64,000 bases of DNA, from positions 640,001-704,000 of the forward strand of contig CAWAHW010000002.1 of the NCBI GenBank assembly GCA_963781885.1. Reading direction: 5' to 3'. Shown here in pieces: positions 1-9,081 of this stretch (position 1 is its first letter; each line of letters begins with the position of its first letter). Source of the stretch: an uncultured Spirochaetota bacterium. GTDB taxonomy: Bacteria > Spirochaetota > Spirochaetia > SZUA-6 > Fen-1364. The translations under genes and the position numbers were made by a program. Below the pieces are notes generated by a model, which was given only the letters and a program-made list of their open reading frames with translations, had not been told where the DNA came from and searched no databases.

Positions 1-2772
1 GTCCAGGGCCTTGGCATCCGCCGGCGCGAGGTTTTTCAAAAGGTCCGCGAAAGCCATGGTCTGCGTGAGATTCGACGTGCCGCGCGCGCCGGCGATCATG
101 AGCTCCGCGCTCTGGGGGTAACGGCGTATGTCCAGGAGGTATTGGGCGGCGGAGCCCAGCACTTTGCGGCGGTCGTCCGCGGAGGCGACCAGGCGCGCGG
201 CCTCCTTCTGCGCCGCCGCCGTGCCGTCAATCGCCGCGGAGGCCGCCACGGAGAGCGCCTGCAGCGTCGCCGTCGGCGCACCCTCTTGCAGCGTCGTCTT
301 GATCTCCTGGAACCTGCCGAGATAGAGGAGATCGATGGAGAGATTCGGCCAGAAGTCGCTATCCTTGATGTCCTTCTCGATGCTGCGGTACAGCGTGACC
401 GCATCATCAAGCTTTGCACCGGCCCCGTAGCGGACCAGCCCGTCGTTGTACTCGTCCAGTATTGCAAGGTTGCGCGTAAAGGACGAATCCGAGGGATCGA
501 GCTTGCGCGCGCTCTCATATTCCGCCCGCGCGCCGGCGATGTCCACGCCGCGCGTGAGGATGCGCCCGAAGGCGTCGTGCAGGAGCGTCCAGGCAAGGTT
601 GCCGTGGGCGAGGGCGAGCGCGGGCTGCAGGGCGACCGCCGCGCGCGCCTCCGCGAGCGCATCCTCGCCGAAGCCGGCGGCCAGGAGCGCGCGCGAGATC
701 TGCACGCGGTGGGATGCCTCGGCCGGGTAAAGAGCGGCCAGCGATTTGAACTCGTCCAGCGCCTCTCGATACCTGCCCGCCGCCAGGAGGGATTCGCCGA
801 CTTGCTCGAAGCTCACGACGCTCGCCTGGCCGGCGAGGAAGGCACGCGCCGCCTCGTGCAGGGCCACGGTCTCCGCCGCGGTGTACACGCGCCGCACGCT
901 GTCCAGATGCAGGACGCCGGTGACAGAGCCGTCCTGCTCGAGCGTGAACGTCTTCTTGAGGATCGCCGGGCCGAGAGGGACCGTCTGGTCCGGCGGGAGT
1001 GCCGCTGCCCGGAATCCCGGGGGCGGGATGATGTGGTAGACGTAGTCGCAGACGAAAGGCTCCCAGAGCCGCAGGTCGTTTTTTCGCGCGAAGGTGGTGC
1101 CGGCGGCATCGGCTTGCGTGACGAAATCCGGCAGGTACGACAGGAGTCCGCCGGCGCGCACGTAGACGACGGCCGAGCTGTCATCCGTGGCGCCCTCCTT
1201 CGTGCCCGTCGCTTCCACCGTCATCGTGAAGGGAGTGTCCATCGCGCGCGGGTCGCTCGTGGAAAAGCGCGCGAGCCCTTCCGCGTCGTATTCGCTCTTC
1301 ACGTACTTTTCCAGGTGGTCGTGGGCCTCCGTGGAGCTGCTCCGCTCGAAGCTGTCGCGATAGGACGCCTCGAAGCTGCCGCCCATGGTGCTCGTCTCCG
1401 TGAGCGCGGCCGGGCCGGACTCCGCGAGCCTGAACTCCCGAACTTCGCGGAACCAGTTGCGGGACGGAGGCGGATCCGGCGTGAGGGAGAGGGCCGCGGT
1501 GCCCGCGGTGATGATGAGCGCGCGTCGGGCCTGGTCCATGAGCGGAAGCTCGCCGGGAGGGACGAAGTCCGCCGTCGGATCGATCCACATCCCCTCGCCG
1601 GGCAGGTAGACGATGGCATGATTGAAAAGGCCGAATCCCGGAAGTTGGGGGGCCACGTCCAAGTCATCGCCCGCCATCAGGAGGGCCAGGCGCGCGTCGA
1701 TTCCGGCGGCCCGCAACGCGGCCGCGAGCAGGACGGCTTGGTCCTTGCAGTCTCCGTAGCCGCGCGTGAGGGTGTCCCGCGGCGGGTGCGGGACGATGGC
1801 GTTCTGGCCGAAATTGATGCCCGTGTAGCGCACGTCCTTGCGCACGCGATAAAGGATGGCGGCAATGAGGGCATCCGTCTTCATGGGCGTTCCGCCCGTG
1901 ATGCTCTGGACATAGGCCTTGAGGGACGTGCCGTCCAGCAGGGGGTCGGTCATTTGCGCGTATGCCCGCGCGATGTCCTTCCACGATGCGCCCGTGGAAA
2001 AATCCACGCAGGGCACCGGCGGCGTGTCCGACGTGAGGAGCTCCTCCTGCTCCTTCAGGCCCGCGATGTTCGTCGCGTCGAAACGGAGGGTGAGACGGCC
2101 TCCCGCCTCCTGGCGTACGGGGGCGAGGGCCTGCGTGCCGCGCACGGCGTAGCGCAGCGCCATTCCCGTCGGGCAGTCGATCAGGAGCCGGCGGGAAAGA
2201 ACGATGTCGGTGTGCCCGAACCAGACCCGCTCGGAGCTCCCGGCACCCAGCAGCGGCGCCTTGTCCGTCATGACGATCTGGTACTCCACGACGCATCCCG
2301 GCTCCAGGTTCGGCAGGGGCGCGTTGAGGACGCGCGAGTCGGAGTAGACGTCGGGTTCGTCTGAGCTCGCCGTGCTGTCGGCGACGGTCGTCGGGTCGAG
2401 CAGGGACTCCCGGCCGTCCTTGCCGATGACGCGCGCCCGGATGCGCGGTGTTTCCTGCCGCCACGGCTGCCACCAGGAGCTTGCGGTCGACCATTTCGAG
2501 ATCCCGTCCCGGTTGGCGATCTTGTAGATGACCCGGTAGGTATGCACCGCCGCGCCGGCCGTGTCGAATGTGAAGGAATCCTCCTCGTGCATGATCACCA
2601 CGTCGTCGCTCCCGGCGCCCTGGACCTGGGCCGCGGCGGCAGCGATGTCCGGGGCGGCGAGGCTGAAGGCTGGCGCGTCCCAGGCGATGGCGGAAAGTGA
2701 CACGGGGATGAACAGGGCTATTGCGAGCGCGGCGGCTGCGCCGCAGCGAGGGACGGATGGTGCTTGTTTCAT
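1..2772 (-). CDS. Secreted DUF3857 + transglutaminase-like + TPR protein (runs off the left edge)
   Basis: Translated by hand because it is missing from the ORF track. ATG at 2772 gives a signal peptide (MKQAPSVPRCGAAAALAIALFIPVSLSA), a DUF3857-like region (DDVVIMHEEDSFTFD...LPNLEPGCVVEY) and transglutaminase motifs (GYGDCKDQAVLL, FNHAIVY, WIDPT), then TPR-like helices. Confidence 0.85.
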   Translation of the reverse strand, partial: MKQAPSVPRCGAAAALAIALFIPVSLSAIAWDAPAFSLAAPDIAAAAAQVQGAGSDDVVIMHEEDSFTFDTAGAAVHTYRVIYKIANRDGISKWSTASSWWQPWRQETPRIRARVIGKDGRESLLDPTTVADSTASSDEPDVYSDSRVLNAPLPNLEPGCVVEYQIVMTDKAPLLGAGSSERVWFGHTDIVLSRRLLIDCPTGMALRYAVRGTQALAPVRQEAGGRLTLRFDATNIAGLKEQEELLTSDTPPVPCVDFSTGASWKDIARAYAQMTDPLLDGTSLKAYVQSITGGTPMKTDALIAAILYRVRKDVRYTGINFGQNAIVPHPPRDTLTRGYGDCKDQAVLLAAALRAAGIDARLALLMAGDDLDVAPQLPGFGLFNHAIVYLPGEGMWIDPTADFVPPGELPLMDQARRALIITAGTAALSLTPDPPPSRNWFREVREFRLAESGPAALTETSTMGGSFEASYRDSFERSSSTEAHDHLEKYVKSEYDAEGLARFSTSDPRAMDTPFTMTVEATGTKEGATDDSSAVVYVRAGGLLSYLPDFVTQADAAGTTFARKNDLRLWEPFVCDYVYHIIPPPGFRAAALPPDQTVPLGPAILKKTFTLEQDGSVTGVLHLDSVRRVYTAAETVALHEAARAFLAGQASVVSFEQVGESLLAAGRYREALDEFKSLAALYPAEASHRVQISRALLAAGFGEDALAEARAAVALQPALALAHGNLAWTLLHDAFGRILTRGVDIAGARAEYESARKLDPSDSSFTRNLAILDEYNDGLVRYGAGAKLDDAVTLYRSIEKDIKDSDFWPNLSIDLLYLGRFQEIKTTLQEGAPTATLQALSVAASAAIDGTAAAQKEAARLVASADDRRKVLGSAAQYLLDIRRYPQSAELMIAGARGTSNLTQTMAFADLLKNLAPADAKALD

Positions 2773-2937
2773 ATGCCGGGAAGTATAGCCCCGCGGCATG
2801 GCCCCCACAACTGGCGGGAGAGCGCGGCGATTTCTGTTTGCGCGTCCCGAGGGCGGGCTTTGGCTGTGGACGATGGGCACCGGCGACCGTACCTTGTGTA
2901 GTGTCGCGCCTTCCCCGGCGCGGAAGAGGAGGATGCA

Positions 2938-3561
2938 TTGGCAAAGACTCACCGGGCGGCCCGTTTGACCGCCCTTGTATTCGCCGCCGTGGCGGCCTTT
3001 GGAGCCCAGGGATTCGCACAGGCCGCCTCGTCCGGCAGCACGGTGGCCCCGTCCGTCGACGGCACGATCTCGGCCGTCTCCGGCTCGATGGTGACCCTCA
3101 CCCTCGCCGATGGAACGAGCAAGTCCGTGAAGCTGCAGGGCACGACGATGGTGCTCGCGCGGCAGGTCGCCACCCTGGACGGGATCATGGCGGGTGACGC
3201 GGTGGGAATCGCCGCGCGCCGGGACAGCAACGCCCTCGTGGCGACGAATATCAATATCTTCGCCCCGCAGATGTGGGACATCGTGCGCAAAGGCCAGTTC
3301 CCAATGGCCGACGGCCAGACCATGACCAATGCGGTCGTGGCGCAGGCGGTGAAGGGCGTGCAGGGCCGCACGCTCACGATGAAGCTGACCGAGGGCGTCT
3401 CCACGATCAGCGTGCCGGACGAGGTCCCGATCCACCGCCTGGTGGCCCTGACCACGGCGAGCCTGACCGTGGGGCTCCACGTCCTGATCCGCGGATCAGC
3501 CAACGCTGACGGCTCGTTCACCGCGGCGTCCGTAAGCTTCGACCAGTCTCCGAAGAGGTGA
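2938..3561 (+). CDS. Exported protein with DUF5666-like OB-fold repeats
   Basis: TTG start after GGAGG; signal peptide; two repeats of the type GTISAVSG..TLT..G...GD.V.I. Confidence 0.75.
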   Translation: MAKTHRAARLTALVFAAVAAFGAQGFAQAASSGSTVAPSVDGTISAVSGSMVTLTLADGTSKSVKLQGTTMVLARQVATLDGIMAGDAVGIAARRDSNALVATNINIFAPQMWDIVRKGQFPMADGQTMTNAVVAQAVKGVQGRTLTMKLTEGVSTISVPDEVPIHRLVALTTASLTVGLHVLIRGSANADGSFTAASVSFDQSPKR

Positions 3562-3600
3562 GAGACAGACGGGGAAGGCCGACGGCCTTCCCCGCGTCTC
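3562..3600 (+). terminator. Strong hairpin just after the stop codon (terminator or processing stem)
   Basis: GGGGAAGGCC-GAC-GGCCTTCCCC forms a perfect 10-bp stem with outer GAGAC/GTCTC; there is no U-tract. Confidence 0.45.
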
Positions 3601-3612
3601 GCTATTCAGAAA

Positions 3613-4467
3613 ATGGCATCTTGCGACGAGCTGTCAGGGGGAGTGGAGCGCTTGGCCGCGCTCATGAAGGGGAAGAATGTCCTTGCGCTGAGCGGCGCCG
3701 GGCTCAGCACGGAGTCCGGCATCCCCGACTACCGGGGGCCCCGCTCGATGCAGCGGCGCACGCGACCCATCTATTACAAGGAGTTCGTGGAGAGCGCGAC
3801 GGCACGCGCCCGGTACTGGGCACGCAGCACGGTCGGCTGGCCCACGGTGGCTGCTGCCCGGCCCAATGCGGGTCACGTGGCATTGGCTGGTCTGGAGCGC
3901 GCCGGCGCGCTCAGCGGCGTGATCACGCAGAACGTGGACAGGCTCCATCACGCGGCGGGAAGCACCGTCCTGGAGCTGCACGGCAGCCTTGCGGACGTGG
4001 TGTGCCTCGCCTGTGGGGCCGTCGAGGCCCGGTCGGACCTCCAGGAACGCGTCCTTGCCTTGAATCCTCAGTGGGCGGTCGGCGTCCATCGCGCTGCATC
4101 GGCTGAGCCGGACGGCGATGCCCGGGTGGAGCCGCCGGCGGACGGATCGTTCCTCATACCCGACTGCCTGCAATGCGGCGGCATGCTGAAGCCTGACGTG
4201 ACGTTCTTCGGCGAAAGTGTTCCCCGCGAGCGGGTGGAGCGCGGCTTTGCGATGCTCGCCTCGGCGGACGTACTGCTCGTCGTCGGCTCGTCTCTGGCGG
4301 TCTTCTCAGGCTATCGTTTCGTCGTGCGCGCCGTGGACGAGGGAAAGCCTGTGGCAATTGTCAACAACGGCCCCACGCGGGGAGATCCTGTTGCCACCGT
4401 GCGCATCGATGCCATGCTTGGTGAGGCGTTGCCACGGCTTGCGATGGCGCTTTGTGCTTCCGCTTGA
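3613..4467 (+). CDS. cobB: NAD-dependent protein deacylase, Sir2 family (class II/SIRT4-like)
   Basis: SGAGLSTESGIPDYRG, QNVDRLH, ELHG, two CxxC motifs, PDGDA, KPDVTFFGE, VGSSL. Confidence 0.93.
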   Translation: MASCDELSGGVERLAALMKGKNVLALSGAGLSTESGIPDYRGPRSMQRRTRPIYYKEFVESATARARYWARSTVGWPTVAAARPNAGHVALAGLERAGALSGVITQNVDRLHHAAGSTVLELHGSLADVVCLACGAVEARSDLQERVLALNPQWAVGVHRAASAEPDGDARVEPPADGSFLIPDCLQCGGMLKPDVTFFGESVPRERVERGFAMLASADVLLVVGSSLAVFSGYRFVVRAVDEGKPVAIVNNGPTRGDPVATVRIDAMLGEALPRLAMALCASA

Positions 4468-4492
4468 CACCGGCGCCGTTCGGTGATAATCT
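4464..4492 (+). promoter_or_regulatory. Sigma70-type promoter
   Basis: TTGACA (4464-4469), 17 bp, then TAATCT (4487-4492) with an extended -10 TG. Confidence 0.7.
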
Positions 4493-4496
4493 CCTG

Positions 4497-4633
4497 CCAG
4501 ATTTGATTGTTCTGGAGCCGCCTCTCTGATCTCGTCGCCAACGCGCGAATTGTGCGCTGGCAGAGGTGGCGCTTCGAAACTGAAAGCAAGCCATCGCTGC
4601 CACGGTATACAGTGCAGGATGGCTTTTTTATTT
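4497..4633 (+). ncRNA. Candidate structured sRNA or attenuator leader ending in an intrinsic terminator
   Basis: Starts at the predicted TSS. Stems are CCAGA/TCTGG and GGAGCCGCCTCT...AGAGGTGGCGCTTC (with G-U pairs, nested GCCA/TGGC and CGCGCG/TGTGCG), followed by a terminator. Confidence 0.55.
4588..4633 (+). terminator. Rho-independent terminator
   Basis: AAGCCATC...GATGGCTT stem with inner CTGC/GCAG, followed by TTTTATTT. Confidence 0.75.
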
Positions 4634-4731
4634 CCCCGTGCGGGCTCACCGCGTTGCGGCACGCCTGCACGGGCACTCCGTCCGCGGGCGGAAATCCACG
4701 AGCCTGCGAAAGCAGGGAAAGGAGGTGCGTG

Positions 4732-4779
4732 GTGAAGAACGATCAAGACATGCCTGACCAGAGGTGGTCCGGCATCTAG
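4732..4779 (+). CDS. Putative 15-aa small peptide MKNDQDMPDQRWSGI
   Basis: Perfect SD AAAGGAGGTG (4718-4727); GTG 6 nt after GGAGG; TAG at 4777; followed by a strong hairpin. Confidence 0.4.
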   Translation: MKNDQDMPDQRWSGI

Positions 4780-4794
4780 ACGGTCAAATCTGTC

Positions 4795-4838
4795 GTGGCC
4801 GCCCCGCAACTCCGCCCGGAGCGGAAGGGGGCGGCCAC
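4795..4838. terminator. GC-rich hairpin between the convergent small ORF and flavoprotein gene
   Basis: GTGGCCGCCCC...GGGGCGGCCAC with inner TCCGC/GCGGA. Confidence 0.6.
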
Positions 4839-4839
4839 A

Positions 4840-5398
4840 CTATATGCGGGCAAGCTCGCCCGCCATTGCGGCAGTTGAGTCCCGTATCGCCTTGATCTTG
4901 TACTCCCGATTCCACCTGTTCACCGACACCATGTCGAAACGACGCGCCCCGACATGCTGGGTGAGCCGCTCCATGCTCGCCAGGCAGCTCACCGCGCCAT
5001 TGCCCGGAGCCTCCCGCCGCTGCAACCAGGAGGAATGGCTTTCCCGCCAGCCGGCTGTGCTCTCCCGCGGTCGCCTCGCACCGGCGCAGGCGGTCGGTAA
5101 ATGCCTTTGCCGATTCGCTCATCTCCCCCCAGTAGACGGGCGTCACGAGCACCACGGCATCGGCGGCGCAAATGTCCCGGTGCACGGCCTGGAAGCCGTC
5201 CGCCACCTGGCACTCGTGCGTCTTGTTGCAGGTGCCCCAGCCATCATTGCACGCGCGGCAGTTGCCGACGCCGGCATCGTTGATGCGGATCTCCCGCGCG
5301 TCGACGCCTGAGCTGCGGGCGCCTTCGAGGGCAGACTGCGCGCAGGCCGCGGTGAGCCCATCCTTGTTGGGGCTGCTGCTGAGAACAATGATCTGCAT
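4840..5398 (-). CDS. Flavodoxin-like NADPH-dependent FMN reductase / iron-sulfur flavoprotein (frameshift at about 5004)
   Basis: SSPNKDGLT, CRACxxxxxxCxxxxxC, TPVYWG; the C-terminus NGAVSCL...ELARI continues in another frame after one extra base in CCCGG. Confidence 0.85.
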
Positions 5399-5400
5399 AG

Positions 5401-8085
5401 CTACCTTCCGGCCGCCGGAGCGGCAAAAGCGCGCAGCACCGTGGGAAGGATGCCGCCATTGCGGTAATAGGAGAGCTCCACCTCCGAGTTGATGCGTGCC
5501 GTCACGGCGAAGCTCTTCTCCCCGCTCGGCCCGCGTGCCGTGACCGTGAGCGTCTGTCCCGGCTTCTCCGCCGGCGCGATGTCGTAGATCTCCTCACCCG
5601 TGAGCCCCAGGCTCTGTGCGCTTTCCCCCTTTACGAACTGCAAAGGCAGGATGCCCATGCCGACGAGGTTCGACCTGTGGATGCGCTCGTAGCTTTCCGC
5701 GATGACCGCGCGTACGCCGAGGAGAAGCGGGCCTTTCGCTGCCCAGTCGCGGGAGCTGCCGGAGCCGTATTCCTTTCCCGCGATCACGACCAGCGGCACC
5801 TTTTCCGCCGCGTAGCGCTCCGCGGCGTCGAATATGGCAAGCTGTTCGCCCGAGGGAAGGTGGCGGGTGTAGCCGCCCTCCACGCCGGGCACCATCCGGT
5901 TGCGGATGCGGATATTCGCGAATGTGCCGCGGATGAGCACCTCGTGATTTCCCCTCCGCGAGCCATAGGTGTTGAAGTCGGCAGGCTTCACGCCGTTCTG
6001 CACCAGCCAGCGCCCGGCCGGGCTCTTTTCAGGGATGGCGCCGGCAGGGGAGATGTGGTCCGTGGTCACGGAGTCTCCCAGCACCGCAAGCACACGCGCA
6101 CCTGCGATCTTCGGGACGCCGGCAGGTGCGGTCGTCATGCCCTCGAAGAAGGAAGGCTTTCGAATGTAGGTGGACTGAGTACTCCACGCGTAGCGCCGCG
6201 CCTCGGGGATCGTGACATGTTTCCACGCCTCGTCCCCGTCAAAAACATTCGCATAGACCGTGCGGAACATCTCGGGCGTGAGATATTCTTTCAGCGCCTC
6301 GTCGATCTCCGCGAGGGAAGGCCAGATGTCGCGCAGGTACACCGGCGCGTCGGTGTGATCCCGGCCGATGGGCTGCGTTGCAAGGTCGATGTCCATGCTG
6401 CCCGCCAGCGCGTAGGCGACGACGAGCGGCGGCGAGGCGAGGTAGTTCGCCTTCACCTCGGGATGTATCCGTCCTTCGAAATTCCTGTTCCCCGACAGCA
6501 CGGAGACCACGGTGAGGTCGGAATCCTTGACGGCGGCGCTGATCGACGATGCAAGAGGCCCAGAGTTGCCGATGCAGGTCGTGCAGCCGTACCCCACGAC
6601 GTGGAAGCCCAGCGCTTCAAGGTACGGGCTGAGCCCGGCCCGGTCGAGATACTGTGTCACGACCTTGGATCCGGGGGCGAAGCTCGTCTTCACGGATGCC
6701 GGTACATGCAGTCCCAGGTGCACCGCCTTGCGCGCCAGGAGCCCCGCGGCGAGCATCACCGCCGGGTTGGACGTATTCGTGCAACTCGTAATGGCGGCGA
6801 TCACCACCGCGCCGTCGCGCAAGGTCTCCCGGGTGCCGCCCACCTGCACCTCTACTTCACGCGGGGTGCCATTTGCGGGCGTCCCTGCCTGGCGCCATGA
6901 GTCCTTGGCGCGGGAAAGCGGGACCCGGTCCTGGGGCCGCTTCGGACCGGCGAGAGAGCTCTCCACCGTGGCAAGATCCAGCGTGAGCGTCGTGGTATAG
7001 GAAGGTTCCTCCGCGTCCGCGCCCCGGAAGAGACCCTGCTCCTTGCAGTATCTTTCCACGAGGTCGACCAGCTCGGGGCTCCGGCCGGTGAATCGCAGGT
7101 AGTCGAGCGTCTTCTCATCCACGGGGAAGAAGCCTGCCGTGGCGCCGTACTCGGGGGACATGTTTCCGATGGTCGCGCGATCCGCGACGCTGAGAGACGC
7201 GAGCCCGGGGCCGAAGAACTCGACGATCTTGTCGACGACGCCGTGCGCGCGGAGCATCTGCGTGACGGTGAGCACGAGGTCCGTCGCGGTGACCCCTTCG
7301 CGGAGGCTGCCGTTCATCTTCACCCCGACGACCTCGGGGATGAGCATGTAGAGCGGCTGCCCCAGGAGCGCAGCCTCCGCCTCGATCCCGCCGACGCCCC
7401 AGCCCAGGACGCCGATGCCGTTGATCATCGGGGTGTGGGAGTCCGTTCCGACCACCGTGTCGGGAAATGCCGTGGCGAGCTTCGCCCCCGGTTGCCGGCG
7501 CACCTGCACGACCTTCGCGAGGTACTCGAGGTTGACCTGGTGCACGATGCCGGTTGCCGGCGGCACGACGCGGAAGTCGGCAAAAGCGCGCGATCCCCAG
7601 CGCAGAAACTCGTAGCGCTCCTGGTTGCGCCGGAACTCGAGTGAGGCATTGCCCGCCAGTGCGCGCGTGGAGCCGTAGAGGTCGACCTGCACGGAATGGT
7701 CGATGACGAGGTCGACCGGGATGATGGGGTTGATGCGCTGGGGATCGCCTCCCATCGCCTGCATGGCGTCCCGCATGGCCGCGAGGTCCACGATCGCGGG
7801 CACGCCCGTGAAGTCCTGCATCACGACCCGTGCGGGCTTGAACGGGAACTCGCGCGTCCCCGCGTCCGGTGCATTCCAGGCGCACAACGCCTGGACGTCC
7901 TCCTCACGGACGTCGAAGCCGTTCACCTGGCGCAACACCGATTCGAGCAGGATCCTGATGGAGAATGGCATGCGGGAGACCTTCCCCAGCCCGCGTGCTT
8001 CCAGCCGAGGCAGGCTGGCGTACTGGAAGCGCCCCATCGCCGATTTCAATATGCTCCATTCGATTGCAGGCTCCGCATGTGCCAT
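5401..8085 (-). CDS. acnA: Aconitate hydratase A
   Basis: QDFTGVPA, DHSVQVD, GTDSHT, SCTNTSNP, GCTTCIGNSG, YGSGSSRDWAAKG; ATG at 8085 with an AGGAG RBS. Confidence 0.97.
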   Translation of the reverse strand: MAHAEPAIEWSILKSAMGRFQYASLPRLEARGLGKVSRMPFSIRILLESVLRQVNGFDVREEDVQALCAWNAPDAGTREFPFKPARVVMQDFTGVPAIVDLAAMRDAMQAMGGDPQRINPIIPVDLVIDHSVQVDLYGSTRALAGNASLEFRRNQERYEFLRWGSRAFADFRVVPPATGIVHQVNLEYLAKVVQVRRQPGAKLATAFPDTVVGTDSHTPMINGIGVLGWGVGGIEAEAALLGQPLYMLIPEVVGVKMNGSLREGVTATDLVLTVTQMLRAHGVVDKIVEFFGPGLASLSVADRATIGNMSPEYGATAGFFPVDEKTLDYLRFTGRSPELVDLVERYCKEQGLFRGADAEEPSYTTTLTLDLATVESSLAGPKRPQDRVPLSRAKDSWRQAGTPANGTPREVEVQVGGTRETLRDGAVVIAAITSCTNTSNPAVMLAAGLLARKAVHLGLHVPASVKTSFAPGSKVVTQYLDRAGLSPYLEALGFHVVGYGCTTCIGNSGPLASSISAAVKDSDLTVVSVLSGNRNFEGRIHPEVKANYLASPPLVVAYALAGSMDIDLATQPIGRDHTDAPVYLRDIWPSLAEIDEALKEYLTPEMFRTVYANVFDGDEAWKHVTIPEARRYAWSTQSTYIRKPSFFEGMTTAPAGVPKIAGARVLAVLGDSVTTDHISPAGAIPEKSPAGRWLVQNGVKPADFNTYGSRRGNHEVLIRGTFANIRIRNRMVPGVEGGYTRHLPSGEQLAIFDAAERYAAEKVPLVVIAGKEYGSGSSRDWAAKGPLLLGVRAVIAESYERIHRSNLVGMGILPLQFVKGESAQSLGLTGEEIYDIAPAEKPGQTLTVTARGPSGEKSFAVTARINSEVELSYYRNGGILPTVLRAFAAPAAGR

Positions 8086-8211
8086 ATTCCTTCTCCTTGT
8101 AGGTGAATATACATGAGCGGACCTCATTCGGTCAGGCCCGCGGATTGTCGCCCCCTGGGCGGCAGCAGCGCGGCTTCGCGCAGCGGGAGCCTCGCCATCC
8201 CTTGCCACGCC

Positions 8212-8240
8212 TTGTCAATCCCGCACAATTGCTCTATCAT
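8212..8240 (+). promoter_or_regulatory. Sigma70-type promoter of the DUF151 gene
   Basis: TTGTCA, 17 bp, TATCAT. Confidence 0.55.
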
Positions 8241-8262
8241 TGAACTCGAGAGAACGCAGAAG

Positions 8263-8874
8263 ATGCTGGTCCCCGCAGAGGTTTGGACAGTGGCCAAGGC
8301 CGAGCAAGGCAATGCGGTACTCGTCCGACCCCTCGGTCTGGACGTCGCCGTACCCATATTCATCGCTCCCCTTGAAGCCCAGTCCATCCTGATCGGCCTC
8401 GGGAGCGTCAAGATGCCCCGACCGCTGACGCACGATCTTTTCATCTCCGTCCTGGAAAGCCTCGAGTCGTCCGTGAACCGTGTGGAGATCACCTCGCTGA
8501 AGGAAAGCACGTACTACGCAAAGCTCATTCTAGAATCCTCGGGCTCGGAGATCTCGGTGGATGCCCGGCCCTCCGATTGCCTCGCACTTGCCGTGCGCGT
8601 GAAATGCCCCATCTACATCGATGAAGCCGTGGTGGACGAGGCGGGCATATCCGTGAAGATGGTGGAAGAGAAGAACCGCGAGCTGAAGCAGTCGGACGTC
8701 CCGGGGGCGATCCGGGAGTCTTCAGAGGCCCCCCAGCTCACGGAGCCTGCGGTCATCGAATCTGACGCGGAAATGACGGACCTCAAGAAGCTGCTGGATG
8801 CTGCAATCGAAGAAGAAAACTACGAAGAAGCCGCCCGTATCCGCGACAAGATCCGGGACGTGGAAAACACTTAG
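8263..8874 (+). CDS. Bifunctional nuclease family (DUF151) protein with a C-terminal UVR motif
   Basis: PIFI..EAQSI, PRPLTHDL, YYAKL, DARPSDCLALA; C-terminal AIEEENYEEAARIRDKI. Confidence 0.92.
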   Translation: MLVPAEVWTVAKAEQGNAVLVRPLGLDVAVPIFIAPLEAQSILIGLGSVKMPRPLTHDLFISVLESLESSVNRVEITSLKESTYYAKLILESSGSEISVDARPSDCLALAVRVKCPIYIDEAVVDEAGISVKMVEEKNRELKQSDVPGAIRESSEAPQLTEPAVIESDAEMTDLKKLLDAAIEEENYEEAARIRDKIRDVENT

Positions 8875-8876
8875 CG

Positions 8877-9060
8877 CGGCCACGGTAGTCCGTGGCATTC
8901 ATGCCGGCCACGGTAGTCCGTGGCATTCATGCCGGCCACGGTAGTCCGTGGCATTCATGCCGGCCACGGTAGTCCGTGGCATTCATGCCGGCCACGGTAG
9001 TCCGTGGCATTCATGCCGGCCACGGCACCCCGTGGCATTCACGCGGCCACGGTAGTCCGT
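8877..9060. repeat. Tandem array of a 28-bp palindromic unit (5 perfect, 1 degenerate, 1 partial), REP-like
   Basis: Unit CGGCCACGGTAGTCCGTGGCATTCATGC starts at 8877, 8905, 8933, 8961 and 8989; a variant starts at 9017 and a partial copy at 9044; there are no spacers. Confidence 0.95.
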
Positions 9061-9081
9061 AACGCTTGGCGCCCCGAAACC

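Noticed and set aside
142-2364. 740-aa + strand ORF and other long antisense ORFs (e.g. 34840-37011, 38314-40824, 49681-52125, 18089-19924)
   Set aside because: Shadow ORFs opposite recognisable genes, expected in high-GC DNA; the translations are Arg/Ala/Gly-rich with no motifs
3613-4467. Sir2 as an anti-phage defence effector (Thoeris/DSR/pAgo-associated)
   Set aside because: It is a stand-alone zinc-binding class II sirtuin with housekeeping motifs and no defence partner genes nearby
4497-4633. Known riboswitch or T-box assignment for the structured RNA
   Set aside because: No T-box GGTGGTACCGCG and no diagnostic SAM, TPP, FMN, lysine or c-di-GMP core could be identified; left as unknown
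8877-9060. CRISPR array
   Set aside because: The 28-bp palindromic units are directly adjacent with no unique spacers, and there are no cas genes in the window
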